Source of the DNA: Piromyces finnis finn
Lineage: Eukaryota; Fungi; Neocallimastigomycota
DNA length: 64,000 nt
Assembly (NCBI GenBank): GCA_002104945.1
Contig: MCFH01000043.1
Span: forward strand, 186,001 to 250,000
Direction: 5' to 3'
Positions 19,501 to 23,606 of the stretch are shown here, piece after piece. Both the position numbers and the translations under genes were made by a program. Positions within the stretch are counted from its first letter, which is position 1. Each line of letters opens with the position of its first letter. Below the pieces are notes generated by a model. That model worked only from the letters and a program-made list of their open reading frames with translations, was not told the DNA's origin and did not search any database.

Positions 19501-20676
19501 AAAAAGTCAAAATCGAAGAAAAGTTCAAATAAGAAAAAAATATTAACAAAAAATAATGAGTTAAGTGAAGAATATAATTCAGACAATATTAAAGATAGTG
19601 GTAATGGTACAGATTTAAGTGAAGTAAAAAATAAAAATATTAGTAGTGAAATTCAAACTGATAAGCTTATTGAATATGATAAATTCAGTTTTATTAAATA
19701 TATTATTAGTCTAATATTTTATTTAATTGGTCTTTTTAATATATTTCAAAAATCCCAAAAAAATAATAAAATAAATAATACCACAGAAGATGTGAAAAGT
19801 AAAGAAATTAAAATAAATGAAAAGTCAAATTTTAAATTAACTAAAGATGAAAAGCCAAATTTTCGGTTAAGAAAAACAAATAATCTATCACGACAGTCAA
19901 AGAAAAATGAAAATGATGACGTTAATGTTATGAAAATTACCAATAATAAAGATATTAATTTAACTGATAAAGAAAAAATAAATATTGTCGAAGATAAAAT
20001 CAACAATAAGAGTTTTAATGATAAAAAAACAATACTTAGAATATTACTTTTGCCATTTTTAATATATATTATTGGAAAAAGTCTTATGTTATTACCAGAT
20101 AAATCTGATATAATTGAATTAGTATTTGATCAATTTAATATATCCGAGGAACAAATTCCAATTTTCTTATTATTTGTGAACGGTATATTCGTATTATTAT
20201 TAAAATGCATGATTGAATCAATTAATTATATTAAATCACAATTTAGATCTTTAGAAAAAGATAATACGTACATTGATCGTGCGTATAATTTAAGTAGAAT
20301 ATTAATAACTAATCTTGTTTTATATGCAATTGCAGTATTTGGAACTTCTGTTAATTCAAATACGAACGTGTCTTTAATATCTCAACTCTCTGTATTATAT
20401 ACTATTCTTACTATTCCTTATACTATCTTAGTTATGTTAGATAATCATCATTATTTACCTTTACCTCAAGGCGTATTATTATTTATTTTTATTTCTGGAT
20501 GTGTTCCTATAAGATTAATAAATCGTGGTGAATTGTATGAAAAAATAATAACTTTACCAGATACTATTAGTGAATGCTTTTCTTCAATATATCTAAGTCC
20601 AAGTGAGTTATATAATAAATTAGTAACATTACCTTCAAGGATACATGAAATAAGACAAAATACAATTCACTATTAA
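1..20676 (+). CDS. Giant Glu/Val/Pro/Ile-rich repeat protein with a C-terminal multi-pass membrane domain; 5'-incomplete, at least 6,891 aa in the window
   Basis: Frame +1 reads cca att aaa ggt gtt gaa gaa... from base 1 and I saw no stop up to TAA at 20674-20676. The ORF track starts at 4564 only because that GTG is the first in-frame start codon. No intron signals are needed. The last ~330 aa contain 5-6 hydrophobic segments. Confidence 0.9.
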   Translation, partial: PIKGVEEVVLEPKDEIIEELPVEEQKPVVEVVEEVVTEPKEEIIEEKQVEEQKPVEEAVEEVVSEPKEEIIEEQSVEGQQPVEEVASEPKEEIIEENVREEIIEVPSEESGKKRFIKGIIRYITRKNPVTGEEIVEEIVNEESIEEQPVEVVEDVDSEPREESTEEQPVEEVVEEVISEPKEEIIEEQPVEKQEKKPILYRVFKKSNRRRRKSKNPIEEGVKEVGSEPKEESTEEQPVEEVVEEVISETNDERIEEQPIKGVEEVVLEPKNEIIEELPVEEQKPVVEVVEEVVTEPKEEIIEEQPIEEQQPVEEQQPVEEVVTEPKEEIIEQQVEEQKPVVEIVEEVVSEQNDEITEKQPVEEVVEEIISEPKEEIIEENVREEIIEVPYEESGKKRFIKRIIRYITRKNPITGEEIVEEIVNEESTEEQPVEVVEEVDSEPRDESTEEQPVEEVVEEVVTEPKEEIIEEQPVEKQPIVEVVEEVVSEPKEEIIEEQSVEEQQPVEEVVTEPKEEIIEEQPVEEQKPVEEAVEEVVSEPKEEIIEEQSVEGQQPVEEVASEPKEEIIEENVREEIIEVPYEESGKKRFIKRIIRYITRKNPVTGEEIVEEIVNEESTEEQPVEVVEEVDSEPRDESTEEQPVEEVVEEVVTEPKEEIIEEQPVEEAVEDVVSEPKEEIIEENVKEEIIEVPSEELGKKRFIKRIIRYITRKNPVTGEEIVEEIVNEESIEEQPVEVVEDVDSEPREESTEEQPVEEVVEEVISEPKEEIIEEQPVEKQEKKPILYRVFKKSNRRRRKSKNPIEEGVKEVGSEPKEESTEEQPVEEVVEEVISETNDERIEEQPIKGVEEVVLEPKNEIIEELPVEEQKPVVEVVEEVVTEPKEEIIEEQPIEEQQPVEEQQPVEEVVTEPKEEIIEQQVEEQKPVVEIVEEVVSEQNDEITEKQPVEEVVEEIISEPKEEIIEENVREEIIEVPYEESGKKRFIKRIIRYITRKNPVTGEEIVEEIVNEESTEEQPVEVVEEVDSEPRDESTEEQPVEEVVEEVVTEPKEEIIEEQPVEEAVEDVVSEPKEEIIEENVKEEIIEVPSEELGKKRFIKRIIRYITRKNPVTGEEIVEEIVNEESTEEQPVEEVEDVDSEPREESTEEQPVEEVVEEVISEPKEEIIEEQPVEKQEKKPILYRVFKKSNRRRRKSKNPIEEGVEEVGSEPKKESTEEQPVEEVVEEVISETNDERIEEQPIKCVEEVVLEPKNEIIEELPVEEQKPVVEVVEEVVTEPKEEIIEEKQVEEQKPVVEVVEEVVTEPKEEIIEEKQVEEQKPVVEVVEEVVTEPKEEIIEQQVEEQKPVVEIVEEVGSEQNDEITEKQPVEEVVEEVISEPKEEIIEENVREEIIEVPSEESGKKRFIKRIIRYITRKNPVTGEEIVEEIVNEESTEEQPVVEVVEEFISEPKEEIIEKQPVEEQKPVVEVVEEVVTEPKEEIIDEQPVEEQPIVEVINEVNDEITEEQPVVEEVEEVVSEPKEEVVEEKQPTEEVISELKEEIIEDKQAEKQEKKPVLYRVFKKNNRRRRKTKNTNEEIVEVTSEPREEIIEKPETEVSKEVVSEPKEESTEEQPIVEEFITEVKEEIIEEEQPVEKQEKKQILYRVFKKSNRRRRKSKNPSEEALSEPKEGSTEEQPVVEVVEEITSEPKEEIVEEQPVEEVAEENIIEDVNIKENDKIISYNQNEDSIIDGLLNKVNKCNGNEYFELIPSVIEMIINEVRFDNNSSEKEKQNILNRLLKQFNICENVEQPAEEAISKKEIVEEVAKEQAAEEVISSELKEEIIEQPVTEVVEEKPIEKSIEQPVEEVSSEPKEEVIEQQPITEVVEEVVEVVEEKPIEQPIEQKVEEVSSAPKEEIIEQQPITEVVEEFVEVDEEQPNKQPVEEVSSEPKEEVIEQQPITEVVEEVEEVVEEQPIEQPIEQPVEDSSEPKEEIIEQPITEVVEEVEEVVEEKPIEQPIEQPVEVSSEPKEEIIEQQPITEVVEEVEEVVEEVVEEQPNKQPVEEVSSEPKEEVIEQQIIEVISDEILNKENETKENEYIGLIPSVIEMIINEVKFNNSNFENENQNILSKLLKKFNIYENIEQQPITEVVEEVEEVVEEQPIEQPVEVSSEPKEEIIEQQPINEVVEEVEEVVEEQPIEQPVEEVSSEQKEEIIEQPITEVVEEVEEVVEEKPIEQPIEQPVEVSSEPKEEIIEQQPITEVIEEVVKEVVEEQPIEQPVEVSSEPKEEIIEQQPITEVVEEVVEVVEEPKEVVETEIREEIIEIPSTEPVKKRYIKKIIRYITRKNPITGEEVVEEVVEEQSIEQPLEEVSSEPKEEIIEQQPITEVVEEVEEVFEEQPIEQLIEQPVEEVSSEPKEEIIEQPITEVVEEVEVVEEVVEKQPIEQPVEVSSEPKEEVIEQQPITEVVEEVEEVVEEKPIEQPIEQPVEVSSEPKEEIIEQQPITEVVEEVEEVFEEQPIKQPIEQPVEVSSEPKEEIIEQSITEVVEEVVEVVEEPKEVVETEIREEIIEIPSTEPVKKRYIKKIIRYITRKNPITGEEVVEEIVEEQPIEQPVEVSSEPREEIIEQQPITEVVEEVEEVVEEKPIEQPIEQPVEDSSEPKEEIIEQPITEVVEEVEEVVEEKPIEQPIEQPVEVSSEPKEEIIEQPITEVVEEVVEVVEEPKEVVETEIREEIIEIPSTEPVKKRYIKKIIRYITRKNPITGEEVVEEIVEEQSIEQPVEVSSEPKEEIIEQQPITEVVEEVVEEQPIEQPVEVSSEPKEEIIEQQTITEVIEEVEEVVEEQPIEQPIEQPVEVSSEPKEEIIEQPITEVVEEVEEVVEEQPIEQPIEQLVEVSSEPKEEIIEQKPITEVVEEVVEVVEEPKEVVETEIREEIIEIPSTEPVKKRYIKKIIRYITRKNPITGEEVVEEIVEEQPIEQPLEEVSSEPKEEIIEQKPITEVVEEVVEEQPIEQPVEVSSEPKEEIIEQPITEVIEEVVEVVEKPKEVVETEIREEIIEIPSTEPVKKRYIKKIIRYITRKNPITGEEVVEEVVEEQPIEQPLEEVSSETKEEIIEQQPITEVVEEVEEVVEEQPIEQPIEQLVEVSSEPKEEIIEQQPITEVVEEVEEVVEEKPIEQPIEQLVEVSSEPKEEIIEQKPITEVVEEVEEVVEEQPIEQPVEVSSEPKEEIIEQKPITEVVEEVVEEQPIEQPVEVSSEPKEEIIEQPITEVIEEVVEVVEEQPIEQPIEQPVEVSSEPKEEIIEQPITEVVEEVEEVVEEQPIEQPIEQLVEVSSEPKEEIIEQKPITEVVEEVVEVVEEPKEVVETEIREEIIEIPSTEPVKKRYIKKIIRYITRKNPITGEEVVEEVVEEQPIEQPLEEVSSETKEEIIEQQPITEVVEEVEEVVEEQPIEQPIEQLVEVSSEPKEEIIEQQPITEVVEEVEEVVEEKPIEQPIEQLVEVSSEPKEEIIEQKPITEVVEEVEEVVEEQPIEQPVEVSSEPKEEIIEQKPITEVVEEVVEEQPIEQPVEVSSEPKEEIIEQPITEVIEEVVEVVEKPKEVVETEIREEIIEIPSTEPVKKRYIKKIIRYITRKNPITGEEVVEEVVEEQPIEQPLEEVSSETKEEIIEQQPITEVVEEVEEVVEEQPIEQPIEQLVEVSSEPKEEIIEQQPITEVVEEVEEVVEEKPIEQPIEQLVEVSSEPKEEIIEQKPITEVVEEVEEVVEEQPIEQPVEVSSEPKEEIIEQKPITEVVEEVVEEQPIEQPVEVSSEPKEEIIEQPITEVIEEVVEVVEKPKEVVETEIREEIIEIPSTEPVKKRYIKKIIRYITRKNPITGEEVVEEVVEEQPIEQPLEEVSSETKEEIIEQPITEVVEEVEEVVEEVVEEQPIEQPVEVSSEPKEEIIEQQPITEVVEEVEEVVEEKPIEQPIEQLVEVSSEPKEEIIEQKPITEVVEEVEEVVEEQPIEQPIEQPVEEVSSEPKEEIIEQQPITEVVEEVEEVVEEQPIEQPIEQPVEVSSEPKEEIIEQQPITEVVEEVVEEQPIEQPVEVSSEPKEEIIEQQPITEVIEEVEEVVEEQSIEQPIEQPVEVSSEPKEEIIEQQPITEVVEEVVEEQPIEQPVEVSSEPKEEIIEQQPITEVIEEVEEVVEEQSIEQPIEQPVEVSSEPKEEIIEQQPITEVVEEVVEEQPIEQPVEVSSEPKEEIIEQQPITEVIEEVEEVVEEQPIEQPIEQPVEVSSEPKEEIIEQPITEVVEEVEEVVEEQPIEQPIEQLVEVSSEPKEEIIEQKPITEVVEEVVEVVEEPKEVVETEIREEIIEIPSTEPVKKRYIKKIIRYITRKNPITGEEVVEEVVEEQPIEQPLEEVSSEPKEEIIEQPITEVVEEVEEVVEEVVEEQPIEQPIEQPVEVSFEPKEEIIEQKPITEVVEEVVEEQPIEQPVEVSSEPKEEIIEQQPITEVIEEVEEVVEEQSIEQPIEQPVEVSSEPKEEIIEQQPITEVVEEVVEEQPIEQPVEVSSEPKEEIIEQQPITEVIEEVEEVVEEQPIEQPIEQPVEVSSEPKEEIIEQPITEVVEEVEEVVEEQPIEQPIEQLVEVSSEPKEEIIEQKPITEVVEEVVEVVEEPKEVVETEIREEIIKIPSTEPVKKRYIKKIIRYITRKNPITGEEVVEEVVEEQPIEQPLEEVSSEPKEEIIEQQPITEVVEEVEEVVEEQPIEQPIEQPVEEVSSEPKEEIIEQPITEVVEEVEEVVEEQPIEQPIEQLVEVSSEPKEEIIEQKPITEVVEEVVEVVEEPKEVVETEIREEIIEIPSTEPVKKRYIKKIIRYITRKNPITGEEVVEEIVEEQPIEQPVEVSSEPREEIIEQKPITEVVEEVEEVVEEKPIEQPIEQLVEVSSEPKEEIIEQKPITEVVEEVEEVVEEQPIEQPIEQPVEEVSSEPKEEIIEQKPITEVVEEVVEEQPIEQPVEVSSEPKEEIIEQPITEVIEEVVEVVEKPKEVVETEIREEIIEIPSTEPVKKRYIKKIIRYITRKNPITGEEVVEEVVEEQPIEQPLEEVSSETKEEIIEQPITEVVEEVEVVEEVVEKQPIEQPLEEVSSEPKEEVIEQQPITEVVEEVEEVVEEQPIKQPIEQPVEVSSEPKEEIIEQSITEVVEEVVEVVEEPKEVVETEIREEIIEIPSTEPVKKRYIKKIIRYITRKNPITGEEVVEEIVEEQPIEQPVEVSSEPREEIIEQQPITEVVEEVEEVVEEKPIEQPIEQLVEVSSEPKEEIIEQPITEVVEEVEEVVEEKPIEQPIEQPVEVSSEPKEEIIEQPITEVVEEVVEVVEEPKEVVETEIREEIIEIPSKEPVKKRYIKKIIRYITRKNPITGEEVVEEVVEEQSIEQPLEEVSSEPKEEVIEQQPITEVVEEVEEVVEEKPIEQPIEQPVEEVSSEPREEIIEQPITEVVEEVVEVVEEPKEVVETEIREEIIEIPSTEPVKKRYIKKIIRYITRKNPITGEEVVEEIVEEQSIEQPVEVSSEPKEEIIEQQPITEVVEEVVEEQPIEQPVEVSSEPKEEIIEQQTITEVIEEVEEVVEEQPIEKPIEQPVEVSSEPKEEIIEQPITEVVEEVEEVVEEQPIEQPIEQLVEVSSEPKEEIIEQKPITEVVEEVVEVVEEPKEVVETEIREEIIEIPSTEPVKKRYIKKIIRYITRKNPITGEEVVEEVVEEQPIEQPLEEVSSEPKEEIIEQQPITEVVEEVEEVVEEQPIEQPIEQPVEEVSSEPKEEIIEQPITEVVEEVEEVVEEQPIEQPIEQLVEVSSEPKEEIIEQKPITEVVEEVVEVVEEPKEVVETEIREEIIEIPSTEPVKKRYIKKIIRYITRKNPITGEEVVEEVVEEQPIEQPLEEVSSEPKEEVIEQQPITEVVEEVEEVVEEKPIEQPIEQPVEEVSSEPREEIIEQPITEVVEEVEEVVEEQPIEQPIEQLVEVSSEPKEEIIEQKPITEVVEEVVEVVEEPKEVVETEIREEIIEIPSTEPVKKRYIKKIIRYITRKNPITGEEVVEEIVEEQPIEQPVEVSSETKEEIIEQPITEVVEEVEEVVEEKPIEQPIEQPVEVSSETKEEIIEQPITEVVEEVEEVVEEKPIEQPIEQPVEVSSEPKEEIIEQPITEVVEEVVKETKEVVETEIIEEIIEIPSTEPLKKRYIKRIIKCIKRNNPNNGKEEVVNEIISEEPTPEEKEIIVEVPSDEKDKKKFVKRIIRIIKRKNEDSNMEEIVEDIISEEPVKEEREITVEIPTGKKGKTKFVKRVVKYITRKNPFNGKEEVIEEIVSEEPVEDSSKKSIFKIITDKIKNVLNNNNEEEIICMPRDENIENTEKEETEEEIEDGDINDSKVLYRVYSKNRRNKIRNRKRNKSFETSSKTANIPNEFTENKEDQSETYVNKKIDECNSRILNNSIIEEATDEQLMMSETIIDDDLINEVPLENKNKLIDHNNNEIIILSQSTSGKKRRNSKKSKSKKSSNKKKILTKNNELSEEYNSDNIKDSGNGTDLSEVKNKNISSEIQTDKLIEYDKFSFIKYIISLIFYLIGLFNIFQKSQKNNKINNTTEDVKSKEIKINEKSNFKLTKDEKPNFRLRKTNNLSRQSKKNENDDVNVMKITNNKDINLTDKEKINIVEDKINNKSFNDKKTILRILLLPFLIYIIGKSLMLLPDKSDIIELVFDQFNISEEQIPIFLLFVNGIFVLLLKCMIESINYIKSQFRSLEKDNTYIDRAYNLSRILITNLVLYAIAVFGTSVNSNTNVSLISQLSVLYTILTIPYTILVMLDNHHYLPLPQGVLLFIFISGCVPIRLINRGELYEKIITLPDTISECFSSIYLSPSELYNKLVTLPSRIHEIRQNTIHY
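6361..18540 (+). repeat. Coding tandem repeat array, subfamily B (EQPIEQPVEVSSEPKEEIIEQQPITEVVEEVEEVVE, about 33-40 aa monomer)
   Basis: Roughly a hundred near-identical monomers with 18 interspersed EIPSTEPVKKRYIKKIIRYITRKNPITGEE modules. Near-exact higher-order duplications of 219 bp (x3; ccg marker at 12208/12427/12646), 507 bp, 711 bp and 951 bp. Confidence 0.92.
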
Positions 20677-22119
20677 TTTTATAATTTTAATGTTTTTAAT
20701 TTTAGTAATATATAAAAATATACATGTTAATACAAATATATAATTAAAAAGTTAAAATTTGAAAATACGTCAAAAATAACAAATAAATTAAAAATTTTTT
20801 TTTTTAAAAAAAAATTCCAAGTATTTAAAGTAAAATACGAAATCAATTAAAATTAAACAAAATACAAAATTAAAAAATACAAAATAAAACCAACTAACAT
20901 TAAAAAATAAATACAATAAAAATACCAACAAGAAATAATACAAGAAATAAACAAAACAAAACAAAAAACTTATATATGTTACTGGTTGATAAATAATTTA
21001 TAATAATTTTAATTATATTATATAATAATAATAATACCGAGTATAAATGAAGGATATTTGAAATTGAAATAATCATATATATAAAACTTTGTAAACAAAA
21101 CTCATTTATAAACGGATGTCAAAAGTTATTATTCATGTTTTAAATTTCAGTATATAATCAGCAACATATATAAAAGCATTAAATATATATATTTATTATA
21201 TATTTAAAAATACAAATTTTTTAAATATTCTATAAACAATATTTAATAAGTGACATAAGAATATAAAATTATATACAGTAATTTAAATTATAATAATTTT
21301 CTAAATATTCAACATTAAGCAATATTTAATCGACACACATATAAAAATATTAATTATATAATTTTATATTTTATATTATAATTCAAATCCACAAAGTGTT
21401 TTAAAGCGTTTTTTTTTTTTTTTTTAATATTTTATTAATTCAAAACGTTATTAACTATAAAAATTGAAATATAAATATTTATCAAGTTTTATCAAAATTT
21501 TCAGAAACAATAATTCTTTCAAATATTTAACAATATTACTTATTCGTATATTTAAAAATGAAATGTACTATTTGAAATCTAAATAAGATACATTTGTCAT
21601 TAATGAAACTATCAATTATTTATATATTATATTATGCATTTAATTATAGCTATATATTAATAATTAATTTAAATTTTATAAAACTATTTAATATTTCAAT
21701 TTTTCTTTTTAAATTTATATACAATAATACAATAATTTAAACTAAGTGATACCATGTTTATCACTTTTTTATTAAAAAAAAAAAAAGAATTTTTTTTTTT
21801 TTCAAACAACATGGAAAATTCGTTAAAAGTTATTACAAGAAAAAAGTTATTTAATTCTTCATGTGGTTTTAAGACAAAAAAAAAAATTTTTTTTTTTAAA
21901 TTATCTCTTAGTAAAGTTTTAAAATATTTTATTTAATCGTTAATATAAACAAAAAACTAAACCTTATATAACAAAATCAATTCAAAATTGAAAATATAAA
22001 ATACTTTTTTTTTTAACAATAAATCAATTTGAATTGGAAAACGCAAATATACAATTTAACGCAAACGTACTTTTTTTAATTTTAACAATAAAACAATTCG
22101 AATTGATCGCAAATTTACA

Positions 22120-22126
<7 letters not shown>

Positions 22127-22163
<37 letters not shown>

Positions 22164-22226
22164 GCAAACATTCATATTTTTTTTTTTAAACGAACGAACA
22201 AACAACAACAACAACAACAACAACAA

Positions 22227-22260
<34 letters not shown>
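22127..22260. repeat. poly-A / (AAC)9 / poly-A simple repeat cluster
   Basis: A-runs at about 22127-22161 and 22228-22260 flank (aac)n at 22201-22227. Confidence 0.85.
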
Positions 22261-22262
<2 letters not shown>

Positions 22263-22715
22263 AAACGATATTTAATACATAACTGATATAAAATTCTCAA
22301 GTTTAAAAATTGAAAATTTTTATTATTTTCAATTATAATAACTTATCATTAATATTAATATATAGCATTTATAATATGATATATAATATTTAATAATATT
22401 TTAACTTTTTCAATTTAATAATAAATAAATTATAATATTTTTATATATAATTAAAAAAAATTGTGTTGTGTATAGTTTTATATATAAAACTTTTTTTTGT
22501 GTTATAAAAAAAGAAATAAATATATTTGTTAATAATAGTAGTAATAATGTTAGAGAAATAGCTAACATATCTCATTGTAATAGAGTAATTATAGAAATAA
22601 TGAAAAAAGATTATTTAAATTTTAATAATTTTTTTGTTAATTTTATAAAGATTAGGTTAAGAATAATTTTAATAATTTAGTGAATGTATGTATCATGACT
22701 TTGATATTAGTGTTT

Positions 22716-22960
22716 CCCTCTTGGGAACGTGCCTTCATTTATTTAATAAATGTAGTTTCTCAAGGGGGTCTACTCATGCTCATGGTACTGAGAGAGTAGA
22801 AAGAATTAAATCCAAGTATTGCGCAATGGATGCTTGGTGCCCTCTTAGGAACATGCCTTCATTTATTTAATAATGGAGTTTATCAAGGGGGTCTACTCAT
22901 GCTCATGGTACTGAGAGAGTAGAAAGAATTAAATCCAAGCATTGCGCAATGGATGCTTGG
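22716..22960. repeat. Two-copy 124-bp GC-rich tandem repeat with three potential hairpins per unit
   Basis: Copy 1 is 22716-22837 and copy 2 is 22840-22960, about 93% identical by eye. A partial third copy (ctcatggtactgag) lies at 22993-23006. Confidence 0.9.
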
Positions 22961-23606
22961 TTAGTCTTTAAGGGAAAATTATTAGGACTAAACTCATGGT
23001 ACTGAGCGATTAAAAAACATTTTATTCATCGAATTTAAGTATTTGATGAATAAGTTGAATGTTTGATACTCAGGTAAGTTTGTATAGTATTTAATTAGAA
23101 GAGTAATACATTTTGTTGCTGTATTTTTTCTTTTATTCATGTATTCATGTAGTACTACTCTTCTCTTGTAAGAATCCAATGTAGTCAACTTTAGCATTTG
23201 CATTGTATTTTTATATTCATGTAGCTATTGTTGTATTGTTTCTTGTAAGAGACTGATTCACTCTACATCATGTAAAAATACTATTCACAAGCTTTCTGGT
23301 GTCGACATTCTTGATTCAAATTTTTTACCAATTTAAATATTTAATGAAAAGTAAAGTCAAACAATTTTAGTGTCAAAAAGCGAATCGAATTTACTAATAA
23401 CAAACCAAAACTAGAATTTTTAAAGAAAATTTACAACTAGAATTCAAAAAAAAGAAACTTTAAACAAAGCATCGTAACAATTTTTGTACTATCCAGTACT
23501 TTTAAGAAGAGAGAGAGAGACAGATTTTTTTTCCATATACGTTATATTTATAATTTTTATTAGTATTTATTTTATATTCAATATTTTTTAATTAGAATTT
23601 ATTATC

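Noticed and set aside
22760-22810. Canonical hammerhead or HDV-like ribozyme in the 124-bp repeat
   Set aside because: The core reads CUGAGAG rather than CUGANGA, stem II is absent, and the sequence after GAAA cannot pair with GGGGUC. No nested HDV P1/P3/P1.1 pattern was found. It is kept only as a non-canonical structured-RNA candidate.
22716-23006. CRISPR array or H/ACA snoRNA
   Set aside because: There are no unique spacers and the genome is eukaryotic. An ANANNA-like hinge is present but there is no ACA tail.
22994-23270. 69-aa minus-strand ORF and the weak attcatgtag...tcttgtaaga repeat
   Set aside because: No recognisable domain, and the two short degenerate copies are insufficient to call a feature.
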